Positions 35,722-45,847 of a stretch of DNA of 64,000 nucleotides are shown one piece after another (position 1 is the first letter of the stretch; every line of letters starts with the position of its first letter). Where the stretch lies: positions 11,940 through 75,939 of the IMG/VR virus record IMGVR_UViG_3300044712_000538, one strand, 5' to 3'. The notes beneath the pieces are model-generated. The model saw only the letters and a program-made list of their open reading frames with translations. It had not been told where the DNA came from and ran no database searches. This stretch comes from a virus. The translations under genes and the position numbers were made by a program.

Positions 35722-37786
35722 CATATTCGAGGTCCAGGGACTTAAATGCAACGTGCCTCCGGTAGGGTACGTTTGGGATGTTATCTCTAATAAGCTTGTT
35801 CATACCGGTGTTTATAAAAGATCCAGTAAGCCGACTGAGCAATATTGGGAGCGGTTTGAATTGCCTCCGTGGTTTAAGGATCGGCGCAAGAAGGAACTTC
35901 GGATGCAGGAAACGGACCCGAATTATTACGATCCGGATCTTGCTGAGATTATAAAAAGGGAATGGTTCCGCAGGCTGAATGGATTTTGGTTCTGGAACTA
36001 TAACCCAAACAAAAAGGAAAGCGAGCCGTGCTATATTACCGGGTCGCATTATTTCTATGTTCAATGGTGGTGCCTTGATACTGGATACCCTGATTTCCGG
36101 ATAACAGACCTTGAATACTACTACTTTCAGGCATATTGCATTGCAGATCCGTACTGTCTTGGCATGATTGAGATCGCAAAGCGTAGGCACGGAAAGACGT
36201 TCAAGGGCGGTCTATTTATCTATGAGTACGTTTCCAGGATGAAAGAAGCCATCGGCGCACTTCAATCTAAAACAAACATTGATGGAAGAAAAGTATTCAG
36301 AAAAGCAATCGTTCGACCGTTTAGGAAATTACCATATTTCTTCCAGCCACACTATGACACAACTACTGGTAAAAGCCCTCAGAAAGAACTTCGTTTCATG
36401 GCTGGCAACATTCGTGGTAAGCTGGCCGAAACAATTGATGATATTGATGAATTGAACTCCCATATCGACTTTGGGCCGAGCGATGAAGAATACTATGATG
36501 GCCAGAAGATCCACCGATACCTTGGGGATGAGGTTGGGAAAACAAAGGTAGTTGACGTTTATGAACGCCACCAGATTGTCCGGTATTGTCTTATGTCCCC
36601 GGACGGGAAGGTTCTTGGGAAATGCCTATATACTACCACGGTTGAGGATATGGGCAAGGACCAGTTCTCCATTAAGAAATTCAGGAAGCTTTGGGACAAC
36701 TCCAGCCAGTATGAGAAAGAGGAGAAGGGTCAGAAATGGACGAAGACGGGCCTTTATCGTTATCTGGTAAAGGCGTACCGCTGCCGGCATGTTGACAAAT
36801 ACGGGTACGCCAATGAGAAGCTTGCGCTGGAAGAAATGATGGAGGAGCGCGCAATACATGCCGATGATCCTAAGGCGCTGAGTGCGCTTATCCGAAAGGA
36901 GCCTAATGATGAGGGAGAAGCTTTCCGGGTAGACGCTTCCAGGTGCCACTACAATCCGAACATCCTTTACAACAGGCGTGACTATCTTACCATCCACGAT
37001 TCGTCAACATTCTATGTTCGGGGGAATTTTGCATGGAAGGACAATAAGCCGTTTACAGAGGTGGTTTTCAATAAAAACCCGAAGGGAAGATGGCGCGTTG
37101 CTTTATTGTTTGGCGACAGGAAAGAGGCGAATAATGTCCAAAAAAGAGGCAATTTGTTTTTCCCAGGGAATAAATTGCGATTCATAACGGGGGCTGACCC
37201 GTATGATCACGATATTACCGAGGATGATAGCCGGGCAAGTGATGGCGCAGGGGCTACCCTGCATCGGAATGACAGGAAGAGCCCGTATCATAAAGACTAT
37301 GGAATGTCATTCGTGTGCATATACTTGGCAAGGCCGTCAAACGCTGACCTATATTACATGGACATGATTCTCCAGTGCTGGTATTATGGATCTCCATTGA
37401 TCTTTGAGAGCCAGAAGCCGGGGATCAAGAAGTTTTTTATTCGGCACCGGATGGAGCCCTTCTTGGTTATGGTTCCGGGATATTCTGATTACGGCATTCC
37501 TTCAACCATTGAGAACAAAAACGAGATAGTTTACGCTACGGAAAACCTTATCGATAATCATTCTTCAAAGATATATTTCATCGAATGTATTGATGACTGG
37601 TTGGAATTTGACATAAAAAATACGAAGCCATTTGACTTGTCGATGGCAACAGGATGGGCGGCAGTAGGTGATAGCATTTTGTTGAGTACGGAAAAGAAGT
37701 ATGATGATCTTGTTGATATACCTATGGTAAATTCCCTGGAAAGCTATTTCGATGAATTTGAAATACCCTCAATAAACAGAAGATAA
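35696..37786 (+). CDS. terL: Terminase large subunit (crAss-like)
   Basis: RRLNGFWF..YITGSHYFY; Walker A AKRRHGKTF; Walker B YLGDEVGK; TKTGLY; nuclease GADPYD..SDGAG..FDLSMA. Confidence 0.92.
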   Translation: MYYPIENGSIFEVQGLKCNVPPVGYVWDVISNKLVHTGVYKRSSKPTEQYWERFELPPWFKDRRKKELRMQETDPNYYDPDLAEIIKREWFRRLNGFWFWNYNPNKKESEPCYITGSHYFYVQWWCLDTGYPDFRITDLEYYYFQAYCIADPYCLGMIEIAKRRHGKTFKGGLFIYEYVSRMKEAIGALQSKTNIDGRKVFRKAIVRPFRKLPYFFQPHYDTTTGKSPQKELRFMAGNIRGKLAETIDDIDELNSHIDFGPSDEEYYDGQKIHRYLGDEVGKTKVVDVYERHQIVRYCLMSPDGKVLGKCLYTTTVEDMGKDQFSIKKFRKLWDNSSQYEKEEKGQKWTKTGLYRYLVKAYRCRHVDKYGYANEKLALEEMMEERAIHADDPKALSALIRKEPNDEGEAFRVDASRCHYNPNILYNRRDYLTIHDSSTFYVRGNFAWKDNKPFTEVVFNKNPKGRWRVALLFGDRKEANNVQKRGNLFFPGNKLRFITGADPYDHDITEDDSRASDGAGATLHRNDRKSPYHKDYGMSFVCIYLARPSNADLYYMDMILQCWYYGSPLIFESQKPGIKKFFIRHRMEPFLVMVPGYSDYGIPSTIENKNEIVYATENLIDNHSSKIYFIECIDDWLEFDIKNTKPFDLSMATGWAAVGDSILLSTEKKYDDLVDIPMVNSLESYFDEFEIPSINRR

Positions 37787-37787
37787 T

Positions 37788-40187
37788 ATGGAGTACACAG
37801 GCAATAGTTCGGCTTACCCGGACCACAATATAGATCCAGAGAAAAAGGGTCATTCGTTCCATCTTGATTATGCGAAAGCCATGTGGAACGATTCAATGAA
37901 CTCGTTCCCGAATACAATATTCTACCACAATGCGGAGAACTATCGCCTGATCGACCAGTACATGACTGGAGATATTCCCATTGACAGGTTCAAAAAACTG
38001 CTGAATCAGGACGCGGACGCAAATACCAGCCCGCTGGCAATCGACTGGACACCCCGGAGATTGTTTTCCAAGTTCAGGGACATTGGTATTTCAAAGATAC
38101 TCCAGCGTGGATCGAATATCCGGGCTACCCCAATCGACGCTATCTCAAAGAATGAGATTGATGATTACTATGCCGAAATGAAGGCCAAGATCGCCCTCCG
38201 GCAGGCCATGGAGAAGCAGGGGGCGGCTGAACTGGTTGATGGACCGGAACTGGCAAAGGGTGCCACAAATGAGCCGGAAACGCCCGAGGAACTGGAAATG
38301 CACATGGAGTACGACTACAAGCCTGGACTGGCGATGGAGTGCGAACTTGCCATCGATGTTATTTTCAATGACAATAACATCCACACGGACCAGCGGGAAT
38401 TTGCCGTTAAGCAGGCATTTGACTATGGTGTTGTTGGGTATTGCGATGGGCATGATAATGACGGAAGGGTTACGGCATCTGCGGTTGACGTAAGGAGGAT
38501 TATCACCAATTATTGCCGCAAGAAGGATTTCTCCGACATGATACATTGGGGGGAGGTCATTCGCGTTCGGATTGCTGATCTGGCCGACATGAGGAATGAG
38601 AAAGGAGAGCAGATCTTTAGCGTAGAAGATATAAAGGAAATCGAGAAAGTTAGTCAGATACAAAGCATCAGGGATACCAGCGCGGGAGAAACAAACTCAA
38701 TTGGACCGAATAAGGGCCATGTGTATGTGTTGCGGTATGAGTTTTTCACATGGAACACCCAGGTTTTCCGCAGGGATATTAACCCGGAAGGTAATTTCAT
38801 TTTCAAGGATTCAAAGTACGAGAATAAGGACAAGCCGGAAACATTCATCATGGATGGGGTTGTTCACAAAAAGTACATTACTCGTACCAATCAGGCTATT
38901 TGCGAGGGATTCTGGATCATAGATAGCAATTTCGTCTATAACCATGGATTCCAGAAAAACACTAAGCGTAGCCTTAATCCGCGATCCTCTACACGGACTT
39001 CCCTTTCCCTGCATCTAATGGCTGCAGATCTGGTAAACATGAAGGCCTATGGCATTGGTGAAAGGGCTATCCCGCTGATTGACGAATATCACCAGATAAT
39101 TTTCAAGGCCCAAAACCTAAGAAACCGGATGATCCCGTCCGGGTATGACATTGATCTGGATGCCCTGGAGGATGTTTCGCTTGTAAAAGGAGGCACCCCA
39201 ATGCATCCAAAGGACGTACTGAAGTTCTTTTTCTCTACTGGCATATTGCTTTCGAGGAGAAGGGATGTGGCAGGCAACCAGAATGCGAATTACAAGGCGG
39301 TAAACGTCCTTCAAAATTCTATCGCAAACGATCTGGCGGCTTTATGGAACGACATTGCTAATGTGGTAAACCAGATGCGGGACATTACCGGGCTGAATGA
39401 GCTTACAGACGGATCTACTCCGAATGCCAAAACGCTGGTCCCGGTTGCGAATATGGCCTATGAATCAACAAACAATTCCCTGTATCTGTATGCCAACGCT
39501 GAAAAGAGGGCGAGAGAGCGCCTGGCTGCCGGCTGCGTCATGCGCCTGCAATCTTCCCTCAGGAGGGGTATTGTGTACGACGGGTATGCGTATTCTATGG
39601 GCCGTGAATCGCTGAGGTTTATCAAGATCTCCTCCGATGTTGGATTCCGGGAGTTTGCCATCAAGCTGGAAGACCAGCCAACGGACGAGGAGCGCCAGTT
39701 GCTTGTCGCGGCCTTTACCGAGAAGAAGCAGCAGGGGTTGTTGACGGAAGAGGATGTGATTACGATCATGGAAACGAAAAATCTCAAACAGGCTTACCGG
39801 CAAATGGCATACAAGATCCGGAAGCGGGAAGAGAAACTGCAGGCCCAAAAAGAAAGGGAGATACAACTTAATGCTGAGGCCCAAAAAGAATCGAACATTG
39901 TCGCTGAATCGGAAAAAAGGAAAACGCTGAAAGATGAGATTGCAAAGAAAATGGCACTCCAGAAGCAAATCGACAACGCCAAGAGAAGGCTCCAGTATGA
40001 AAAGTTTCAGCAGGACGCATACATTAAGTGGCTGGAAATTTCCGGGAAAGATGGTAAGGAAATTCCTGCCCCGCCGATGCCTGACCCGGTTTTACCGGAA
40101 GATGGAGAGGTTCCAGAAATAGGAGAGGAGGAAATGGCCGAAGGTGGATCTGAGGCCGAATACTCCGAAGAGGAGCCCATGATGTAA
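37788..40187 (+). CDS. Portal protein (crAss-like)
   Basis: 799 aa after terL; IDWTP..SKFRDI; G.DIDLDALEDV; FFSTG; MRDITGLNELTDGSTP...LV. Confidence 0.88.
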   Translation: MEYTGNSSAYPDHNIDPEKKGHSFHLDYAKAMWNDSMNSFPNTIFYHNAENYRLIDQYMTGDIPIDRFKKLLNQDADANTSPLAIDWTPRRLFSKFRDIGISKILQRGSNIRATPIDAISKNEIDDYYAEMKAKIALRQAMEKQGAAELVDGPELAKGATNEPETPEELEMHMEYDYKPGLAMECELAIDVIFNDNNIHTDQREFAVKQAFDYGVVGYCDGHDNDGRVTASAVDVRRIITNYCRKKDFSDMIHWGEVIRVRIADLADMRNEKGEQIFSVEDIKEIEKVSQIQSIRDTSAGETNSIGPNKGHVYVLRYEFFTWNTQVFRRDINPEGNFIFKDSKYENKDKPETFIMDGVVHKKYITRTNQAICEGFWIIDSNFVYNHGFQKNTKRSLNPRSSTRTSLSLHLMAADLVNMKAYGIGERAIPLIDEYHQIIFKAQNLRNRMIPSGYDIDLDALEDVSLVKGGTPMHPKDVLKFFFSTGILLSRRRDVAGNQNANYKAVNVLQNSIANDLAALWNDIANVVNQMRDITGLNELTDGSTPNAKTLVPVANMAYESTNNSLYLYANAEKRARERLAAGCVMRLQSSLRRGIVYDGYAYSMGRESLRFIKISSDVGFREFAIKLEDQPTDEERQLLVAAFTEKKQQGLLTEEDVITIMETKNLKQAYRQMAYKIRKREEKLQAQKEREIQLNAEAQKESNIVAESEKRKTLKDEIAKKMALQKQIDNAKRRLQYEKFQQDAYIKWLEISGKDGKEIPAPPMPDPVLPEDGEVPEIGEEEMAEGGSEAEYSEEEPMM

Positions 40188-40227
40188 AAAAAACTCCAAA
40201 AAAGGCGATCAGGTATTTACTGAGATA

Positions 40228-40235
40228 TAAATTTG
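40228..40235 (+). promoter_or_regulatory. Bacteroidota -7 element for the capsid operon (no -33 TTG)
   Basis: TAAATTTG 18 nt before ATG 40254. Confidence 0.45.
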
Positions 40236-40253
40236 AAACATAAAACCAAACAC

Positions 40254-40670
40254 ATGGACAAGTACATCAAGAAGTCCCGTACTGTTGTGGCTGCAGAACA
40301 AGTGGCTTTCACGGACGAAGAAAAAGAGGCCGTTCTCAGGAAGCAGAACGTGGCCAAATATGGCGGCATCGTAAAGGTTACCCGCCCTGGCGATAATGGA
40401 GAGGATGCTTTCCATGTGGGCCTGTCGGTTGATTACTCTTTTGTGCTGGTTCCGGAAGGGGACTACCTGGTTACAGATCTGGCTACCGGCAAGCGGTCTG
40501 TATGGGCAAAAGACCATTTTGAGAGGGAGTTTGAGCCCGAAACAAAGCCGGAAGAGTCTGATCCTGTTACCGATGGCGAAGGTGGCGAAGGGGATGAGAG
40601 CGGCGAAGGGGATGGGGACGATCCAAAGGTAGAAGAGAAGACTTCTGGCAATAAAAAGAAGAATCAATAA
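40254..40670 (+). CDS. PGDYG-like small phage protein with acidic tail
   Basis: KYIKKSRTVVAAEQ...VPEGDYLV...KDHFEREFEP. Confidence 0.6.
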   Translation: MDKYIKKSRTVVAAEQVAFTDEEKEAVLRKQNVAKYGGIVKVTRPGDNGEDAFHVGLSVDYSFVLVPEGDYLVTDLATGKRSVWAKDHFEREFEPETKPEESDPVTDGEGGEGDESGEGDGDDPKVEEKTSGNKKKNQ

Positions 40671-40691
40671 TCCAAACACATACACACAACT

Positions 40692-41765
40692 ATGGAAGTA
40701 GCAAACATCAATTTTGACGAAGTAAAGCAGGGAGATTTCCAAGTAGTCGATCCCTTGGCAATGCCTTCTGGCCAGCAATCTACGGATGGCGATGGCCAAG
40801 GTCAGGCGCCGGCAGGCGACGGAACTCCCCCCGCCGGTCAGGCACCGGATGCGCCTCCCGCCGGTCAAGCACCGGCCACCCCGGCACCGGCCGGGCAAGA
40901 CGCTCCTCCCGCCGGTCAAACACCCCCGGCCACCCCGCCTACTAGCCAACCGGCCGCCCAGGCTGCTCCTACGGACTGGAAGGATACGCTCAAACAGTTC
41001 GGCTTCAATGATGATTTCATCAAGCTGGCTGAGTTTGCAAAAACAAAGGGAGATCTCACGGAGTATCTGAAAGTCAAGAGCGCAAACTTCAAAGAAATGG
41101 ACCCCATTTCGCTGGTGCGCATGGAGTTTGACGAAAAGTATTCCACCCTGTCAGCGGAAGAGAGGGAGGTTCTGTGGGATGTGGAGGTTGTTGAAAAATA
41201 CAATCTGGACCGGGACAGGTTCCCGGAAACGGACCGGGCCGCTCAGGCCGGGATGATCAAGCTGAAGCTTGAAGCTGATCGCATCCGTCAGGACAAAATC
41301 AAGTATCAGGAATCTTTTGGGGCCCCAAGCTATGAGGACCCTGCAGTAAATACCGTGAATCAGGTCTTGGACAGTATTAAATCTTCCCAGGAAATGTCGG
41401 CGCTCCTGCAGAGCAAGACGCTGCCGTTTCAGGTAGAGGGGAAGCCTGTGTTCAATCTACGGGTCGAAGATCCGGATGAACTCGGGAATATGTTCATTGA
41501 CCCCGATAAGTTCGGCGCGCATGCGTTCGACGAAAATGACAAGCCAAGGGTCCAGAGGATGCTTATGGCTGCTGCCATTTTGAAAGAGGGGGATCTTGTC
41601 GTTAAAAAGATCTTCGAGGCCGGTGTCGCTGCAGGGAGAAACAATCAGTATGAGGTAACCGAAGATGCCCAACAGTTCGGTGGTGGCGCTGCTCCGTCCG
41701 CTCCTGAGGAAAGCATTTTTGAGGCTTTCAGGAATCGCGGCAGGCTGGTTGAGCCGAACAATTAA
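40692..41765 (+). CDS. Putative capsid scaffolding protein
   Basis: Between portal and MCP; low-complexity PPAGQ repeats then a helical domain (GDLTEYLK). Confidence 0.65.
   Translation: MEVANINFDEVKQGDFQVVDPLAMPSGQQSTDGDGQGQAPAGDGTPPAGQAPDAPPAGQAPATPAPAGQDAPPAGQTPPATPPTSQPAAQAAPTDWKDTLKQFGFNDDFIKLAEFAKTKGDLTEYLKVKSANFKEMDPISLVRMEFDEKYSTLSAEEREVLWDVEVVEKYNLDRDRFPETDRAAQAGMIKLKLEADRIRQDKIKYQESFGAPSYEDPAVNTVNQVLDSIKSSQEMSALLQSKTLPFQVEGKPVFNLRVEDPDELGNMFIDPDKFGAHAFDENDKPRVQRMLMAAAILKEGDLVVKKIFEAGVAAGRNNQYEVTEDAQQFGGGAAPSAPEESIFEAFRNRGRLVEPNN
40797..40970 (+). repeat. In-frame PPAGQ/PAGQ peptide repeats
   Basis: Repeated CCCGCCGGTCA-like units. Confidence 0.7.
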
Positions 41766-41791
41766 TTACAAACCCATTAAATTCTCAAACT

Positions 41792-43138
41792 ATGGCGTAC
41801 ACACGCGGGATCACGGATAAGAAGTATATCTCAGCGATCCCTTTCATGGACCAGCGGGAGATCCTCCCCCAAGTGTCAGACATCCACAATGATGCGGGTC
41901 TGACCGACATCATGGTACTCGGCAAGCAGTATAAGCGGGCCAAAATGGGTACTTATCACAATTTCGTGAACGAAGCCCTGTATGTTCAGGGCGATACCAC
42001 CGGCGCAACAGTAACCGGATCAGGTACGGCCACGGTAAATACCGCCCTGACTGCCGGCACCTCCGGTTATGTCCGGGTGGGCGATCTGGTGAAGTTCATC
42101 AACGCTGGCGGCAAAATCGGTCTGGTGATCGCGGTAACGCCCGGCACCAACGATGCCCTGCAGATCCAGTCTGTTGACGGAACCACCATCACCCACGTTG
42201 CCGGGGAAAAACTGTCTTTCTTCTCGAATGCATACGGCGAAAAGTCCAAGGCCGCGAGCAACAGGAAGACCGGTGTTACCAAATATCTGAACAAGCTGCA
42301 GATCTTCCGCGAGGTAAATACCATCACGGACGTTCAGAAAGCTTCTCCGATCGAGGTAACCTACAAGGGACAAAACCTGGTGGTCTACAAAGACCTGTAT
42401 GAAAAAGCCGTGAAGCTGAAAGGCGACATTAATGCGGCCGTGATCATGGGCGAAATGTCTGCCACCTCCTGGGATGATGCAAACCCCGCACTGGTTGATC
42501 CGACCAACAGCGGCGCCGTTCAGACCACCCGTGGTTTGGACTCGTACATCATCGGTCAGGGTGGCATCGACGATACCGTAGCCTCCCTGGGCACATTCGC
42601 GCTGGCCGATGCCGAGGATATTGTAAACCAGTTCGTTGCCAAGAAAGCGCCAAAGAGCCACTATGGCTTCCACTCGACTGCCGTTGGCATGAAGGTGAGC
42701 AATATGCTGAAGGCTCTCGGAAGCGCCGGCACCATGCCTCAGCGGATGATGATTCAGGGTCAGTCCATCAACTACGATGCGACCGAATGGACCTACGGCG
42801 GCCACAAATTCCAGTTGACGAATTTGCCGATCCTTGACCATGTGGAAATCATGGGCGGTACGATCATGGCAAAGTCGATCTATTGGGTTCCCACCGACCG
42901 GGTTAAAACCCACGGTGAAGACGGTGGCACCCATCCCCGCATCCAGATGAGGTACTGGCCCCATCAGATCGCATCCAACACCGGCACGGAACTGATTGCT
43001 GAGTGGCATGGTGGTGCAAAAGCACCTACCGGCCCGAACGGTGATCCCGAAGCCGTGTGGAACACCTACTGGCTGACCTATCAGGGTCTGGAGTGCCTTG
43101 GCCTCCAGCACTTCGGTCGGACCAGGGTGATCAGCTAA
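41792..43138 (+). CDS. Major capsid protein (crAss-like, HK97 fold inferred)
   Basis: 448 aa with strongly biased codons; SNAYGEKS, NKLQIFRE, TTRGL; position after scaffold. Confidence 0.85.
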   Translation: MAYTRGITDKKYISAIPFMDQREILPQVSDIHNDAGLTDIMVLGKQYKRAKMGTYHNFVNEALYVQGDTTGATVTGSGTATVNTALTAGTSGYVRVGDLVKFINAGGKIGLVIAVTPGTNDALQIQSVDGTTITHVAGEKLSFFSNAYGEKSKAASNRKTGVTKYLNKLQIFREVNTITDVQKASPIEVTYKGQNLVVYKDLYEKAVKLKGDINAAVIMGEMSATSWDDANPALVDPTNSGAVQTTRGLDSYIIGQGGIDDTVASLGTFALADAEDIVNQFVAKKAPKSHYGFHSTAVGMKVSNMLKALGSAGTMPQRMMIQGQSINYDATEWTYGGHKFQLTNLPILDHVEIMGGTIMAKSIYWVPTDRVKTHGEDGGTHPRIQMRYWPHQIASNTGTELIAEWHGGAKAPTGPNGDPEAVWNTYWLTYQGLECLGLQHFGRTRVIS

Positions 43139-43163
43139 TCGCTGGCACATTTCCAGATAAAAC

Positions 43164-43191
43164 GGGGGAGGATTTTCCTCCCCCATATTTT
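43164..43191 (+). terminator. Hairpin after MCP
   Basis: GGGGGAGGA-TTT-TCCTCCCCC-ATATTTT. Confidence 0.6.
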
Positions 43192-43211
43192 AACACACAC
43201 AAAAAAAAGAC

Positions 43212-44102
43212 ATGAGAAAAATTGGATCGCTTAATGCGTTTTCTGAAAAGTACCTGCAGAAGTTTCAGTTGAAGCCCGGCCAGGTTGTTGAGTACAAGCT
43301 ACTGAACGGGAAAAAGAATGATGACCCGGATACGGCCAAGCAGCGGCCGATGAACTATCCAAGGACAACTTTCAGCTTGAAAGGCGCTGAGGCAGGGATA
43401 TTCGATACCGAACTGAAAAGGAGGATTCCATGTGGTATTTTGCGGTCATACGATGTTACTGCTGCTGGAGAAATTGCAAATGCCGTATGGGAAAAATACA
43501 TTGTTGATTCTCCGGATGGCGTATTTGCGCTGGTTGGTGGACAGGGGATCAACGATGAGATCTACTTCATGTTGGAGCATCATCCGGAAAATGAAGCAAC
43601 TCCTCAGGACCCGAATTTTCCGAAAAAATTCAAGAAGATCGACAAGGTTGCTGATTCTAAGGCGAAGATCCAAAAGAATGATCAGTTGCTCGAAGCCCTT
43701 GATTTTATCAAGCAGCTTGAGGTATCTGAAATACAAGAGTTCGCGCAAGCGTCTGGATGGAATGCAAAAGAAGATCCATCTGTTCTTTATGCAATGATGC
43801 AAGAAATGGCAATGCAGGACCCTGCCAAGTTCCTTGCTCGCGCCAATGATCGTCGTACCGCAATCATGGCGCTGGTCCGCAAAGCATTGAGCGAAAATGT
43901 GATCGGGTATTCCCCTGTTCAGAACAAGTTTACATGGGCTGGCACCGATGATGTTATTGCTCAGTTTGAAAAGGCTGACGGGGTGGTTGCAGAAGACATG
44001 CTCGCGGACTATCTCTATACCGGCGGCAAGGAAACCGAGGCAAAGATGAATCAAATGAAGCGGGCCTTGGGCCTGATAGTCGATAAAAGCGACAAAAAGT
44101 AA
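43212..44102 (+). CDS. Conserved crAss-like protein following MCP
   Basis: MLEHHPEN...KFKKID...A..DPAKFL pattern; synteny. Confidence 0.65.
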   Translation: MRKIGSLNAFSEKYLQKFQLKPGQVVEYKLLNGKKNDDPDTAKQRPMNYPRTTFSLKGAEAGIFDTELKRRIPCGILRSYDVTAAGEIANAVWEKYIVDSPDGVFALVGGQGINDEIYFMLEHHPENEATPQDPNFPKKFKKIDKVADSKAKIQKNDQLLEALDFIKQLEVSEIQEFAQASGWNAKEDPSVLYAMMQEMAMQDPAKFLARANDRRTAIMALVRKALSENVIGYSPVQNKFTWAGTDDVIAQFEKADGVVAEDMLADYLYTGGKETEAKMNQMKRALGLIVDKSDKK

Positions 44103-44127
44103 GTTGTGTGTGTTTTGGAAAACACAG

Positions 44128-44155
44128 GCCCCCCGTTTCTACGGGAGGCATTTTT
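44128..44155 (+). terminator. Intrinsic terminator
   Basis: GCCCCCCGT-TTCT-ACGGGAGGC-ATTTTT. Confidence 0.65.
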
Positions 44156-44173
44156 GAACCTTTTATTTAGAAT

Positions 44174-45847
44174 ATGGAACTGCCTGGCGTTGACTTTACC
44201 GTGCATATCGATCAATCCGCAAAGACAATGCGGCTTGCTGACAATGGCGTATATGCGCCGGGTGTTCAGTCTGGCATAAAAGGTTACTTCTCTGTCATTC
44301 AGCCGGATGGCATGGAGATTCCGGGAAGTGCGCTAAATCCGTCTGTTGTATGGACCGGACTTTCGCTTACCTACTATGTAATAGGCCTCCGGCTGGCCAT
44401 TGACGGGTGCATCCAGAATGGGGAGTATAAGGTTTCATACACGGTAAATTATCCCGGATACGACCCGACTACTGTTACCAAAACATTCGTCATTGACTTT
44501 CCGGCAATAACATTGGATGTTGTTCCGGATATGAACGTCTTCATCCCGGATCTGAAAGTAAGGGACAAGACAAACTATTCCAGGGACGGATATACGCACT
44601 CTATTTTGAGGAATTGGGCATATGAAATTCTCAATGTTGCCCCCAAGGTAGAGATCACCACTCCGCTCGACTATGTAGATCTTTCCTACAACGGCGAGTA
44701 TTATGATGCCTACTATAATGTTGATTTTGCAGCCGTTGTAACCTATGTGAGTGTTGCCAACTCTTGGCTGACGATAGCGGAATCGTTTTCTACATCACTC
44801 CAGACATTTGCCCAAAATCCCGGAAGCTTCGAGAATCTTATCAGCCGGCTTGAATGCCTGAAATCAAAGTATGATTCATATAAGTCTGGCTGCGTAGAAT
44901 CGGAGATATACCGCAATAAATATTCTTTCGCATCTTCCCTTTTCCAGCACCTTGTTGATCTGGTTAAAATAGGTGACGCATTTTCGTCTACCGTTCTGGA
45001 GAACTACATGCAGGCCACCGAGGAATGCTCCAGCGGGGCTTATGTTCCATCAAATACGGTCATTCCCCCTTTCGACATAAATGAAATTGTCGTTACCCAG
45101 GGGGATGTTGACATGCAGAATATTGGCGGTGAGGAAGGGATATACAAAGACTCTGTTGGCACAAATCCTAAGGTATTCAGGCTGAAAACATTGAAGACGG
45201 CTGGCCTTATGGTTATCACTCCAGTCGGCGATGTTCTTGAATTTGAATACAGAAACAAGGACATTTTCATCGAATTTGCTGATACATCAAGATCTTATGA
45301 GGCGGGAATGCTTGTGGAAAAGGCAATCGTCATTCCTACTGGAGGAGGACTTATGAATTTCCGTATAGGTACTACGCCTGGCGGGGAGGAACTTATCATG
45401 TCGCAGCCCATCCCTCAGAACGCGGTTAGGTCGTTTACCATTGACAGGTATCAGGAAGTCGCGCAAACTATATACTTTTCTGGAATTAATGCCGAAACGA
45501 AGATCATTGTCATTCTGGACAAGGTTTTGGGCGTATATTCTGATAGCGGATTTGATACAGGGAACGGGATGGGGTCCGGCGGGAAGCTTACGGTAAATGC
45601 GTCTACCGATGTATCTGTTCCGTTTGATACCGGATTTTATGTGAAGCATGCGGTTCTGGTGCCATCCGTTCCGTTGTCCGCGTTTAAGGTCGGCACGACA
45701 AATGGAGGAACGGAAATCATAAATGAAAGTTCAATCCCTGCAGGAGCATCGTTCCCCATAAAGATTGATACCTACTGCGAGATACCAAAAACCTTTTATT
45801 TCGGCGGCATAACCGGTCCGGTAGTTTTAATTGTCTACTATGAATAG
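44174..45847 (+). CDS. Structural protein (tail hub/fibre-attachment-like) with duplicated C-terminal beta-domain
   Basis: NGEYKVSYTV; two similar C-terminal units (FRIGTTPGGEELI / FKVGTTNGGTEII, each followed by T.YF.GI). Confidence 0.55.
   Translation: MELPGVDFTVHIDQSAKTMRLADNGVYAPGVQSGIKGYFSVIQPDGMEIPGSALNPSVVWTGLSLTYYVIGLRLAIDGCIQNGEYKVSYTVNYPGYDPTTVTKTFVIDFPAITLDVVPDMNVFIPDLKVRDKTNYSRDGYTHSILRNWAYEILNVAPKVEITTPLDYVDLSYNGEYYDAYYNVDFAAVVTYVSVANSWLTIAESFSTSLQTFAQNPGSFENLISRLECLKSKYDSYKSGCVESEIYRNKYSFASSLFQHLVDLVKIGDAFSSTVLENYMQATEECSSGAYVPSNTVIPPFDINEIVVTQGDVDMQNIGGEEGIYKDSVGTNPKVFRLKTLKTAGLMVITPVGDVLEFEYRNKDIFIEFADTSRSYEAGMLVEKAIVIPTGGGLMNFRIGTTPGGEELIMSQPIPQNAVRSFTIDRYQEVAQTIYFSGINAETKIIVILDKVLGVYSDSGFDTGNGMGSGGKLTVNASTDVSVPFDTGFYVKHAVLVPSVPLSAFKVGTTNGGTEIINESSIPAGASFPIKIDTYCEIPKTFYFGGITGPVVLIVYYE

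Noticed and set aside
35696-43138. Introns or inteins in terminase, portal or capsid
   Set aside because: ORFs are uninterrupted, of ordinary size, with no intein or homing-endonuclease motifs
44128-44150. TTTCTAC as a Cas12a-type direct repeat
   Set aside because: Single copy, lacks the GTAGAT partner, and is the loop of an ordinary terminator
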